Assembly: GCA_046861395.1 (NCBI GenBank)
Contig: JBHHUC010000008.1
Coordinates: forward strand, 1 to 57,878
Direction: 5' to 3'
Source of the DNA: Fidelibacterota bacterium
GTDB taxonomy: Bacteria > Fidelibacterota > Marinisomatia > Marinisomatales > JABMOV01
DNA length: 57,878 nt
The notes under the pieces are model-generated. The model searched no databases. It worked only from the letters and a program-made list of their open reading frames with translations, and was not told the origin of the DNA. Below, one piece after another: positions 46,514 through 56,254 of this stretch. The position numbers were made by a program, and so were the translations under genes. How positions within the stretch are numbered: position 1 is the first letter of the stretch; each line of letters begins with the position of its first letter.

Positions 46514-49305
46514 ATAAATTAGCCATCAGCGCCCTCTTTCTTTTGGTGTTTACTTTCGGCCAGAGTGTCTATTGGGTGCCGGAATATCCCGTGCAGGGAC
46601 AGACCGTATCCATTTATTACGATGTGGTGACCGGAACGCTGCCGGATAATGCGGCGCAGGTCTTCATCCACCGGGGAACGAACGGCTGGAACAATGTGGT
46701 GGATGATCCCATGACATATACCGGTTCTGGAGGTTGGTGGCAATATGATTATTTTATCCCCGCCGACGTTACGGTCATTGATTTTGTGTTTCAGGATGGG
46801 CAGGGCAATTGGGACAATAACGGTGGTGTTGGGATTGACTGGCATATTCCCGTTTTTCAGGAAGGTATATCCGCCGTCTTCATTACACCGGCAATTGATG
46901 TGTCTCTGGGACATCCTCTCCGCAGTCCTGTTTTCTTGGGGGAAAATGACAGTCTATCCGTCATGGGCACGGCAGTGGTGGACAATACAGCATTGGATAC
47001 CCTGGTACTTTCACTGGACGGAATGATGGTTGGCGCTACGGCGGAAGATACCCTGGCCGTAATCCTGGAGGCTTCGGACATGGGATTCGGAAGCCATGAA
47101 ATCAGTCTGACAGCCATTGATACACTGGGTGTCAGTGATGTGGTAACTTTTGCCGTGATGGTAAATCCACCGGTCGGGGAAGGTCTTCCTCCGGGCGGAA
47201 ATCTGGAACCGGGAATATTCTATAACGGTCCTACGACAGTTACATTGAAATTATTCGCTCCGTACAAGGAATTTGTATATGTCATCGGAGATTTCAATGA
47301 CTGGAAAGTGGACACCGGTTATTACATGCAACGGTACCAGCCGAATGACGACAGTACCCTCTGGTGGTTGACGTTGGAAAACATCTCGGTAGGGTCCGAA
47401 CAGGCTTTTCAGTATCTCGTGGATGGCACCCTACGCATCGCCGATCCTTACACCGATAAAGTACTGGATCCCTGGAATGATCCCTGGATTCCCGACATCA
47501 CTTATCCCGGTTTAAAGAGTTATCCGCAGGGAAAAACCCGGGAACCGGTTTCGGTTCTGCAAACGGCCCAGGATCCCTTTGAATGGCAGCACAGCGACAC
47601 CTTTATTCCTCCCCCACAAACTGATCTGATAATCTATGAAATGCTGGTCCGGGATTTCATCGGTCGTCATGATTTTCAGACACTGGTGGACACCCTGGAT
47701 TATCTCCAGCGTCTGGGTATCAATGCCATAGAACTAATGCCGATCAATGAATTCGAAGGTAATTCCAGCTGGGGATATAATCCATCCTTCTATTTTGCTC
47801 CCGACAAATACTATGGCCCGAAAAATACATTGAAAACTTTCATTGACGCTTGCCATGCCCGGGGTATAGCCGTCATCCAGGATATTGTTTTCAACCATAG
47901 TTTCGGACAGTCGCCGTTGGTGCGATTATACTGGGAAAACGGAGCCCCGGCGGCCAACAATCCCTGGTATAATGTTGAGTCGCCCAATCCTGTTTATAAC
48001 TGGGGGTATGATTTCGATCATACCAGTCCCCACACCCAATATTTTATGGACCGGGTGCTGTCGTACTGGCTGACGGAATACAATGTGGATGGGTTTCGTT
48101 TTGATTTTTCCAAGGGTATGACCAATACTCCCGGCGACGGCTGGAATTATGATGCAGCCCGGATAACTCTCCTGAAACGCATGGCCGATCAGGTCTGGGC
48201 AACGGACAGCACGGCCTATATCATTCTGGAACATTTTACCGCCAACAGTGAAGAAACGGAGCTGGCGCATTACGGCAAGGGAATGATGCTCTGGGGCAAT
48301 TTCAATTATAATTATAATGAAGCCACCATGGGGTATAATGGCAGCGGCTCTGATTTTTCCTGGGGATTTTACGGTTCCCGGGGCTGGACCAAACCCAATC
48401 TTGTCACCTATATGGAAAGTCATGATGAAGAACGGCTGATGTTCAAGAACCTGGAATATGGCAATGCCAGCGGCGCATATGATATTCAGGAGCTGCCCAC
48501 CGCCCTTGAACGTATGAAGCTGGCGGGTGCGTTTTTCTTTACCCTGCCGGGGCCAAAGATGATCTGGGAATTCGGCGAACGGGGTTATGATGTTTCCATT
48601 GATGCGTACGGGGGGCGGCTAAGCGAAAAGCCTCCTCGCTGGGAATACATGAATGATCCGAACCGGCTTCGCCTCTTTAATACCTGGAAAGCTCTCCTGC
48701 AGCTTCGCCGGAATTACGATATTTTCCGCAGCGCGAATACAAATGTGGATTTATGGCTCAACAGTTCCACGGGACAGAAACGAATACGCCTCTCCCATCC
48801 GACGATGAATGCCATTATTGTCGGGAATTTCGGGATTGTGTCTCATGCCATTGGTCCGGATTTCCATCATACCGGCACCTGGTATGACTATTTCTCCGGC
48901 GACAGTATCACGGTGGTAGCTACGACGGACCTGGTAACCCTTTTACCGGGTGAATTTCATATTTATACGGATGTCAGACTGGCGACGCCGGAGCAGGGAT
49001 TGTTACCGGTTCAGGAAGAATCAATACCCTATCGTTTTCATGTTTCGCAGAATTATCCCAATCCCTTTAATCCCGAAACAGACATTTCATTTACCCTGCC
49101 GAATGCCGGACCATTTGAAGTAAAAATATTCGACATTACCGGCCGGGAAGTATTCCGATCCCGGGCAGCGGGGCAGTCCGGACCCAACCGTTTTCATTGG
49201 AAAGGGCGGGATCAGTCCGGTCATCATCTTCCTTCTGGACTTTATTTTGCCAGGGTTCAAGCCGGACAAGATACACAAACCATAAAAATGACACTGTTGC
49301 GCTAG
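46510..49305 (+). CDS. Secreted GH13 alpha-amylase with starch-binding modules and FlgD-Ig/T9SS-like CTD
   Basis: Signal peptide; CBM-like WDNNGG; CBM48-like VIGDFNDW; WGYNP, GFRFD, ILEH, ESHDEER; SQNYPNPFNP...KMTLLR. Confidence 0.92.
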   Translation: MNKLAISALFLLVFTFGQSVYWVPEYPVQGQTVSIYYDVVTGTLPDNAAQVFIHRGTNGWNNVVDDPMTYTGSGGWWQYDYFIPADVTVIDFVFQDGQGNWDNNGGVGIDWHIPVFQEGISAVFITPAIDVSLGHPLRSPVFLGENDSLSVMGTAVVDNTALDTLVLSLDGMMVGATAEDTLAVILEASDMGFGSHEISLTAIDTLGVSDVVTFAVMVNPPVGEGLPPGGNLEPGIFYNGPTTVTLKLFAPYKEFVYVIGDFNDWKVDTGYYMQRYQPNDDSTLWWLTLENISVGSEQAFQYLVDGTLRIADPYTDKVLDPWNDPWIPDITYPGLKSYPQGKTREPVSVLQTAQDPFEWQHSDTFIPPPQTDLIIYEMLVRDFIGRHDFQTLVDTLDYLQRLGINAIELMPINEFEGNSSWGYNPSFYFAPDKYYGPKNTLKTFIDACHARGIAVIQDIVFNHSFGQSPLVRLYWENGAPAANNPWYNVESPNPVYNWGYDFDHTSPHTQYFMDRVLSYWLTEYNVDGFRFDFSKGMTNTPGDGWNYDAARITLLKRMADQVWATDSTAYIILEHFTANSEETELAHYGKGMMLWGNFNYNYNEATMGYNGSGSDFSWGFYGSRGWTKPNLVTYMESHDEERLMFKNLEYGNASGAYDIQELPTALERMKLAGAFFFTLPGPKMIWEFGERGYDVSIDAYGGRLSEKPPRWEYMNDPNRLRLFNTWKALLQLRRNYDIFRSANTNVDLWLNSSTGQKRIRLSHPTMNAIIVGNFGIVSHAIGPDFHHTGTWYDYFSGDSITVVATTDLVTLLPGEFHIYTDVRLATPEQGLLPVQEESIPYRFHVSQNYPNPFNPETDISFTLPNAGPFEVKIFDITGREVFRSRAAGQSGPNRFHWKGRDQSGHHLPSGLYFARVQAGQDTQTIKMTLLR

Positions 49306-49429
49306 GGGCTTTATAGCTCTCGACCCGCTAATCCATTTATGGCCTTAACCGTTTAAACGGCCTATACCTTATTAGGCCTGTGATATCGTAGGGAATTTCA
49401 CATTGACTCCCACAAGCCTCCGGAACTCC

Positions 49430-49445
49430 TGGCATAATTCTTGAT
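49430..49445 (+). promoter_or_regulatory. Candidate sigma54 (-24/-12) promoter of the pilin-like gene
   Basis: TGGCAT-aattc-TTGAT compared with consensus TGGCAC-N5-TTGC(A/T). Confidence 0.45.
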
Positions 49446-49483
49446 ACATTTCCGGGGTATTCAATGCAAGAATCGGGGAGACA

Positions 49484-49912
49484 ATGTGGAAATCGAAAGG
49501 TTTTACATTATTTGAATTAATCATTACGGTGGCAATCATGAGTATTCTGATTGCCATCATTATACCGGAAACGCCTGATGTGGAGGAAAAAGCACATAAG
49601 GCGAAGGTGGAATATTTTATTGCTAAGTTAAAAGTGGCGGTAGAGTTAAAGGCTATTGAATCCATTTCGGAAGAAGGAATTAAACATTACCCTCGGGGGA
49701 GTGACATTCTTTCTCTGGATGATTTTCTGTCAGGGGACTTACAAAACTGGTCGTATGAAAACGTGGATGTGAACCGTTCCGACTTTTTCTATATGGGGGA
49801 TAAAAATTTTCCCGGTGGGGTACAATTTTCCTATGTGTCGCGGGGACAGGATTCCTACCGGATCGTATTACTCACCACGGCCTATGGCTGGGATGCCTAT
49901 CATCAGTTCTGA
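49484..49912 (+). CDS. Type IV pilin/pseudopilin-like protein
   Basis: Prepilin motif KG|FTLFELIITVAIMSILIAIIIP (G-1, F+1, E+5); SD GGGGAG. Confidence 0.88.
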   Translation: MWKSKGFTLFELIITVAIMSILIAIIIPETPDVEEKAHKAKVEYFIAKLKVAVELKAIESISEEGIKHYPRGSDILSLDDFLSGDLQNWSYENVDVNRSDFFYMGDKNFPGGVQFSYVSRGQDSYRIVLLTTAYGWDAYHQF

Positions 49913-49915
49913 GGT

Positions 49916-51910
49916 TTATCGCCGCCGTAGAATCATTCCGCTGGTGGGCGGAACCGCCAAGGGTGAGGATGCCATGGTGGGCTGCTCATCATGAACGGTT
50001 TTATCGACGATCACCGACCAGTCCCCGGGGGGCAATTCCAGCGTCAGGGATTGCTCCGGTTCGCCATTGAGTACAACCAGGAATTCATCCTGTAATACAT
50101 AGGCCAGGGCTGTACGGTTACCCACCGCGAGAAACTGGAACTGTTCCGGTTGCGATCGGCGAAAAGCCGATTCTTTTAAACGAAGCGCGATAAGTCCCCG
50201 GTAATAGTTAACCAGCTCCCGATTCATTTCCCGTTCCTGCCAGTTCAGCCAGTTGGTCTCATTGTCCTTATTATAAGAATTATGATCCAATTGGCCTACC
50301 TGATCGTCCGGTACGTTCGTTGGGGCAATGACCTTGCTCCGGCCCCATTCCTGGCCTTCGTGGATAAAGACGATCCCTTGGGATGTGAATAAATACAGCG
50401 CTCCCAGCTTATTCAGGTCCAGGTGACGATCTCGAATCATGGCATTGGCCATTCGGTCTGTAATTACCTGTTCCGGCGCCACATTGCCGGCTCCCAGGCG
50501 AATAAAATCGCCAAAAGTATAATCATCATGTGATTCAAGATAATTCACACTATGCCGGACATCCACATACTGACCGCCGAATGAACGGAGAGACCCCATC
50601 ATGAAACGCTGCAAGGCACGTTGATCATTGTTCCCCTGCCATTCACCAAAGATAAAACCTTTTCCGTCACGGGGATTCTGACCCTTGACCCCGTTTCGGA
50701 ACTGATCGTTGAAAGACGCCCATCCCTGATCGGAAAAACCGGCCGGGTCATATCCTCCACCCCAGGGTTCGGCCAGAATGATGATATTGGGATTGATGGA
50801 ACGCAACTCGGCAATGATCATGGCGCGAGTTTCCGGGTCAATGAGATTTCCCAAATCAAATCGGAAACCATCTACGTGATATTCCGTCATCCAGTATTTC
50901 ACACTTTCCAGAATGACCTGTCGCATGGCCGGATCTTCCGTGCGGGTATCGTTGCCACAGCCGGACTGGGAGTTATATTGCCCGTTTTCGTCCAGCCGGA
51001 AGTAGGTGGAACGTTCAATATATTTGAATGGTTGCCAGTCATAGTTGGATACATGATTATAAACCACATCCATGATGACAGCTATTTTTTCCCGATGCAG
51101 GGCTTTGACCATGTCCTTGAATTCACGAACGGCACGACCGTCGCGTCCGTTCCAGGCCCCTGGTTCCATGGTTCCGTCGCTGGCGTAGTAGGTCTCAGGT
51201 GCAAAGAAAAACGTAGTCATATAGCCCCAGTGATTCCGCGCATAGGGATTCCAGGTATTATACACCGGAGCCGAAGCATCCCGGTATGGCACTTCCACAT
51301 TGGCGAAATCCTGGGCCGGCAGAATTTGCACTGCATTGATACCCATGGCTTTCAGGTGAGATAGTCCACCTTCCTGATCGGGTTCGATCAGACCATGGTA
51401 GGTTCCCGGTCTGGAACAGCGCGCAGAGGGATCGGCAGTCATATCCCGGATATGCATTTCATAGATGACTAAATCCCGGGGATCGATCTTTTGCCAGTGG
51501 TCCCGTTCCCAATCATAGCTGGTATCCACGATCAGGGATTTGGCCACATGACGATAGGTATTTTGCGTCACGGCAGCCTGAGTCCAGGGATCGGCAATTA
51601 TGACCCGATCATCCTGATACAGACCTTCCAGACGGTAACCGTATAACGTCCCAAAGCCGGCGTCGGCGACAGTTAGGGTCCAGTCACCATTTGATTGGTG
51701 CTCCATTGAAAATTCCTCCCCTGTCTCGGCTTCCGGTCGGTCGAAAATGACCAGAAAAACGGCATCGGCTGTTGGGGCGTACAGGCGGAAAGTGGTTTGA
51801 TTATCAATAACATGAGCCCCGTAGGGCAGAGAATGGGACATGAGTAGTTCCTTGCACTGGGTGAAAATGAATAGTGATAATATTATTCTATAAATATACC
51901 GGCTTTGCAT
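49916..51910 (-). CDS. GH13 pullulanase/debranching-type enzyme with CBM48
   Basis: TTFRLYAP, IYEMHIRD, HWGY, MDVVYNH, SGCGN, GFRFDL, LAEPW, ESHDD. The start is uncertain: 51910 gives a possible lipoprotein signal ...IFTQC, and 51841 is an alternative. Confidence 0.88.
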   Translation of the reverse strand: MQSRYIYRIILSLFIFTQCKELLMSHSLPYGAHVIDNQTTFRLYAPTADAVFLVIFDRPEAETGEEFSMEHQSNGDWTLTVADAGFGTLYGYRLEGLYQDDRVIIADPWTQAAVTQNTYRHVAKSLIVDTSYDWERDHWQKIDPRDLVIYEMHIRDMTADPSARCSRPGTYHGLIEPDQEGGLSHLKAMGINAVQILPAQDFANVEVPYRDASAPVYNTWNPYARNHWGYMTTFFFAPETYYASDGTMEPGAWNGRDGRAVREFKDMVKALHREKIAVIMDVVYNHVSNYDWQPFKYIERSTYFRLDENGQYNSQSGCGNDTRTEDPAMRQVILESVKYWMTEYHVDGFRFDLGNLIDPETRAMIIAELRSINPNIIILAEPWGGGYDPAGFSDQGWASFNDQFRNGVKGQNPRDGKGFIFGEWQGNNDQRALQRFMMGSLRSFGGQYVDVRHSVNYLESHDDYTFGDFIRLGAGNVAPEQVITDRMANAMIRDRHLDLNKLGALYLFTSQGIVFIHEGQEWGRSKVIAPTNVPDDQVGQLDHNSYNKDNETNWLNWQEREMNRELVNYYRGLIALRLKESAFRRSQPEQFQFLAVGNRTALAYVLQDEFLVVLNGEPEQSLTLELPPGDWSVIVDKTVHDEQPTMASSPLAVPPTSGMILRRR

Positions 51911-51981
51911 GCGGGCCTCACCTTTATTTGTATTCACTCTGGATAGAGTCACTAAATTACACCCGTCTGGAGAAATTCATC

Positions 51982-54348
51982 ATGCGAAAAATATTTTCCC
52001 TACTGCTAATTCTTTTTCTTGCAGCTTGTCAGCCGACCGGCGAATCTTCGACCGTATATCCCATTCCCACTCTGGTTGTGAGCCAGGGATCCTCTATTTC
52101 CCTGAATCTCAGGAATTATTTCCGTGATGAAGTCACGGCCGTTCGAATTCCCGATCATCCTGATATTGCGTTGCACTATTTTGCTACTAAGGATAGTCTG
52201 ATAATTCGCCCGCGATCATCGGCACCGGCTTTATCGGTAGTTTCCCTGGGGATCAATGGGCGGAAGGAAGACATCCTGATCCGGGTGGAACCTATGGTGG
52301 CACACACCTTTACCTATGCCGCCGAGGGACAGGAAAAGAAGGTGGTGGTCATGGGAGGCTTTAATGACTGGTCCCGAACGGCGCTGCCCCTGCGCGATGA
52401 AAACGGAGACGGCATTCTGGAACGAACGGTGTACCTGAAACCCCTGCGACATGAATATAAATTTGTGGTGGACGGAGAGGAATTGATTGATCCTGCCAAT
52501 CCGGTTTTCGTTTCCAATAACATTGGAGGCTGGAACTCCATTCTGGACCTGACGGCCGAAAAACCTACCTCAGCCGGTCGGTTTGTCAAACACAGTTATC
52601 ACAATGGGAAATTGTATTTTGATTATATACCTCCGGAAGATGGTTCCTTGCCGGTATTTCCCTTCATTCATATCAATAACCTGTCGGTCCATAACGATGC
52701 GTTCGATATGCAACCGGATGGCAGCCTGAGTATCAGAATCAGCGGGCTGGGTGACGGACGATTACGCATTATGGGTATTGATGAGCAGGGTAGAGCAATC
52801 CCCGATAATATTACTATCATTGAACAGGGAAAACCGTTAGAACCCGGGACCGACAATGACAGTTGGTATTTCACAGTGCTGTACAGTCTTATGACTGATC
52901 GTTTTCTGGATGGGAATCCGGCCAATACGCGGAAATCCACAGGTCCGGATTTAGCCGATATTGCCAACTGGCACGGGGGAGATTTTGCCGGAATTATCCA
53001 GAAGCTGGAAGAAGGATATTTCACTGAACTGGGGATTAACACCATTTGGTTATTTCCGGCATCCCGACAACCACTGGAAGGCTGGGTAGAATCCATCCCG
53101 CCCAACCGGACCTATACCGGCTATCACGGGTATTGGCCCATTGCCGCCCGTGAAGTCGACCCCCGGTTCGGGACGACGGAAGAATTGAAGACATTGGTCC
53201 GCCTGGCTCATGATAAGGGGATTCGCGTCATCCTGGACTTCGTGTCAAACCATGTTCATGAAGAACATCATTATTACCGGGAGCACCGGGACTGGTTTGG
53301 CGAAATGACCCTGCCTGACGGTACACCTAACATTCGGAACTGGAGTGAAGAAACCAGGCTGACAACCTGGTTCGATACTTTTATTCCATCCTATGATTAT
53401 CTACATGCTCCGGAAGCAATTGACCAGGTTGTGGACGATGCCGTCTGGTGGATTAAAACATTCGATTTTGACGGTTTCCGGCAGGATGCGGTTAAACATG
53501 TTCCCCATGTATTCTGGCGAAAATTAACGGCCCGGCTGAAAGTCGAATTCCCGAATAAATCATTGTTTCAGATTGGAGAATCCTTCGGATCCGATGCGCT
53601 GATCCGCAGTTATGTCAATCCGGGAGAGTTAACGTCTCAGTTTAATTTTTCCATCTACTTCAATGCCCGGGGCCCGTTTGCTGCGGTTATGGCTGATTTC
53701 ATGCCACTGGCTGCCATCGTAGAGGACAATGCCTTGTCGTTTGGCCCGGTTCACCTCATGGGCAACCTTACATCCAGCCATGACCAGATGAAATTCATGG
53801 CAGTGGCGGATAATCAGGTCGGCTGGGGAGATAACGGCACCGAACTGGCATTTTCCAATCCACCCCATCCGGCAACACATCCCGAGGTATTCCGAAAACT
53901 GGCCAATTTCCAGGCGTTCAATATTACCATGCCGGGCGTACCGGTCGTGTATTATGGTGAAGAAATCGGATTGATGGGCGCGGCGGATCCTGACAACCGC
54001 CGACCGATGAAATTCGGAGCAGCCGTGTCACCGGAAGGCCGGGAGCTTAAAAAAGAATTCAGTCGGCTGAACCGTTTGCGGCAAACCTATCCCTCACTGG
54101 CATTGGGTGATTATATCCCCATCCAGGTGGATGGACCTACTTGGGTCTACGAGAAACGCTATTTTGATGAACGGATACTGGTATTCTTTAATCATAGTGA
54201 AAATACACAATCCATGACATTGAATCTCCCTGGCATTTCCAATGCTGTGGACCTCCTCCTGGACACGACATTAACCCTGCATAATGATGTTCTTGCATTG
54301 ACAATGCAGCCGTATTCTCATGTATTTCTAAAACTGGGAGGGGAATGA
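51982..54348 (+). CDS. Lipoprotein GH13 alpha-amylase with CBM48-like domain
   Basis: Lipobox MRKIFSLLLILFLAA|C; VMGGFNDW...YKFVVDG; WHGGDF, GYHGYW, DFVSNH, GFRQDAVKH, IGESF, SSHD. Confidence 0.92.
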   Translation: MRKIFSLLLILFLAACQPTGESSTVYPIPTLVVSQGSSISLNLRNYFRDEVTAVRIPDHPDIALHYFATKDSLIIRPRSSAPALSVVSLGINGRKEDILIRVEPMVAHTFTYAAEGQEKKVVVMGGFNDWSRTALPLRDENGDGILERTVYLKPLRHEYKFVVDGEELIDPANPVFVSNNIGGWNSILDLTAEKPTSAGRFVKHSYHNGKLYFDYIPPEDGSLPVFPFIHINNLSVHNDAFDMQPDGSLSIRISGLGDGRLRIMGIDEQGRAIPDNITIIEQGKPLEPGTDNDSWYFTVLYSLMTDRFLDGNPANTRKSTGPDLADIANWHGGDFAGIIQKLEEGYFTELGINTIWLFPASRQPLEGWVESIPPNRTYTGYHGYWPIAAREVDPRFGTTEELKTLVRLAHDKGIRVILDFVSNHVHEEHHYYREHRDWFGEMTLPDGTPNIRNWSEETRLTTWFDTFIPSYDYLHAPEAIDQVVDDAVWWIKTFDFDGFRQDAVKHVPHVFWRKLTARLKVEFPNKSLFQIGESFGSDALIRSYVNPGELTSQFNFSIYFNARGPFAAVMADFMPLAAIVEDNALSFGPVHLMGNLTSSHDQMKFMAVADNQVGWGDNGTELAFSNPPHPATHPEVFRKLANFQAFNITMPGVPVVYYGEEIGLMGAADPDNRRPMKFGAAVSPEGRELKKEFSRLNRLRQTYPSLALGDYIPIQVDGPTWVYEKRYFDERILVFFNHSENTQSMTLNLPGISNAVDLLLDTTLTLHNDVLALTMQPYSHVFLKLGGE

Positions 54349-54416
54349 TTACATTCGGCTGACTGAGCTTACTATCTGAAAGATATGGGGGACGACAGAC
54401 GTTCCGTGCTGCGAAG

Positions 54417-56186
54417 TTAATCGTCGTCCTTATTATTCTTCGCAATATTGGGGATCATTTTTTCCAGTTCGCCGGTCGGGACTGGTCGTCCGTAATAATA
54501 TCCCTGGATTTCATTGCAATAATGTCGTGTTAGATACTGCAACTGGTCTTTCGTTTCCACCCCTTCGGCAATCACATTGAGATGGAGACTGTGTCCCAGC
54601 TTTATAATTGACTGGACAATGGCACCTTCCGTTTCGTTGCGACTGATGTTGGGGCCGATAAAAGATTGATCAATTTTCAGCGTGTGAATGGGAAACTTTT
54701 TTAGGTAACTGAGTGACGAATATCCGGTGCCGAAATCATCAACCGACAACCCGAAACCCATGCCCCGCATTTCTTCCAGTTGCCGGATGGCTTCGTCAAC
54801 CTCAGCCATGATACAACCTTCGGTAATTTCCAGCTCAATCAATTCGGGATTGATATTATAATTGGAAATGATGTGCTTGATATAGGGTAGCAGATTGGCA
54901 CTGTGAAAATGCTGTGCAGACAGATTAACGCCGATCCGAATAGGTGGCAGACCTCGGCTCATCCAATCGATGGATTGTTCGCAGGCTTTCCGCAGGACCC
55001 ATTCGCTAAGCTCAATGATCAGTCCGCTTTCTTCGGCCACAGGGATGAATTCCCCCGGATAGACGATCCCGTTATTGGGTTGCCGCCAGCGAATCAGGGC
55101 TTCCACGCCGACCAGTGATTCATCTCGGGTCGCCACTTGGGGCTGATAGTATAGTACAAATTCATCTTTACGAATTGCTTCCTTTAGCCGCTTTTCAAGA
55201 TTATACCGGGTAGTTTCCGATTTATGGATGGCTTTGGAATGAAACGTGAAGGAATTCTGAGTACGGCTTTTTGTGACATACATGGCGGCATCAGCGAATC
55301 GAATCACATCATCAATGGAGCGGTTTTCGTAGGGATAGAAGGCGATGCCGGCACTGGCCGTCATGGAAAATTCATATTTTTCAATGGTAATCGGATCGGT
55401 GATCACTTTCAGCAGGGAACGGGTAAAGGCATCCACCATCGGAACGCGATCTTTCGTTTCAGGCAGCCCGGGACGCAGCACGGCAAAGGTATCAGTGTGC
55501 AGGCGGCAGAGAAGATCCTTTTCCTCTATCAGTGTTTTCAGTTTTTCGGTAATCTTCATGAGATACACATCACCGATGCGATAACCCAGGGCGTTGTTGA
55601 TGGATTTGAAATTATCGATATTAAAGATGATGATGGCAACGGAGGTTCCGGTCTTCTGGGCCTCCGCGGCAATGGTGGACGAATGACTGTTGAGGTATTC
55701 CCGGTTGGGTAAGCCGGTAAGAGAATCGTGCTGAGCCTGGGAAATAACCAGTTCTTCATTGGCGCGGGCTGTGTCATGGAGTTGTTTCAGAGCAATCAGA
55801 TTACGTACCCGGGCCAGTAATTCAATCCGGTTGATGGGTTTGGTAACGTAATCATTGGCGCCGGCATCCAGTCCCACGGCCACATCCTCTGATTTGGACA
55901 AGGCAGAAGCGATGATGATGGGCAAATCGAATTGATTGTGAGTTTTTCGAATTTCCCGGCAGACGTCCAGCCCGGTTATATTGGGCATCATGATGTCCAG
56001 CACAACCAGGTCAAAGGAACCGCCATCACGGAATTTTTCCAGCGCTTCATCTCCGCTTTGTGCCATCTGAATGTCATGGTTTTCCCGCCGGAGGATAAAG
56101 GCAATTTGCTGTAAAATGTTCGGGTCGTCGTCGACGACTAAAATCCGAACTTTTTCGCGGCTAATAGATGGGGTGTTCTCCGGCAT
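54417..56186 (-). CDS. Response regulator REC-GGDEF(degenerate)-EAL, probable c-di-GMP phosphodiesterase
   Basis: REC motifs VVDDD, LDIMMP, YVTKP; GGDEF position reads HTDTF; EAL motifs VEALIRW, ELEITE, DDFGTGYSSL, LKIDQS, AEGVET, QGY. Confidence 0.93.
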   Translation of the reverse strand: MPENTPSISREKVRILVVDDDPNILQQIAFILRRENHDIQMAQSGDEALEKFRDGGSFDLVVLDIMMPNITGLDVCREIRKTHNQFDLPIIIASALSKSEDVAVGLDAGANDYVTKPINRIELLARVRNLIALKQLHDTARANEELVISQAQHDSLTGLPNREYLNSHSSTIAAEAQKTGTSVAIIIFNIDNFKSINNALGYRIGDVYLMKITEKLKTLIEEKDLLCRLHTDTFAVLRPGLPETKDRVPMVDAFTRSLLKVITDPITIEKYEFSMTASAGIAFYPYENRSIDDVIRFADAAMYVTKSRTQNSFTFHSKAIHKSETTRYNLEKRLKEAIRKDEFVLYYQPQVATRDESLVGVEALIRWRQPNNGIVYPGEFIPVAEESGLIIELSEWVLRKACEQSIDWMSRGLPPIRIGVNLSAQHFHSANLLPYIKHIISNYNINPELIELEITEGCIMAEVDEAIRQLEEMRGMGFGLSVDDFGTGYSSLSYLKKFPIHTLKIDQSFIGPNISRNETEGAIVQSIIKLGHSLHLNVIAEGVETKDQLQYLTRHYCNEIQGYYYGRPVPTGELEKMIPNIAKNNKDDD

Positions 56187-56221
56187 CCAATTCCTTAAAA
56201 TAATTTTTCAGTTGACTAGTA

Positions 56222-56250
56222 AAAATATTGGTAAATCCATGACAGGTCAA
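56222..56250 (-). promoter_or_regulatory. sigma70-type promoter candidate for the response regulator
   Basis: Minus strand TTGACC-17 nt-TATTTT. Confidence 0.45.
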
Positions 56251-56254
56251 TTCT

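Noticed and set aside
51936..51949. ACTCT-ggat-AGAGT palindrome between the divergent GH13 genes as an operator
   Set aside because: The arms are only 5 bp, I noticed no second copy, and no regulator is encoded in the locus.
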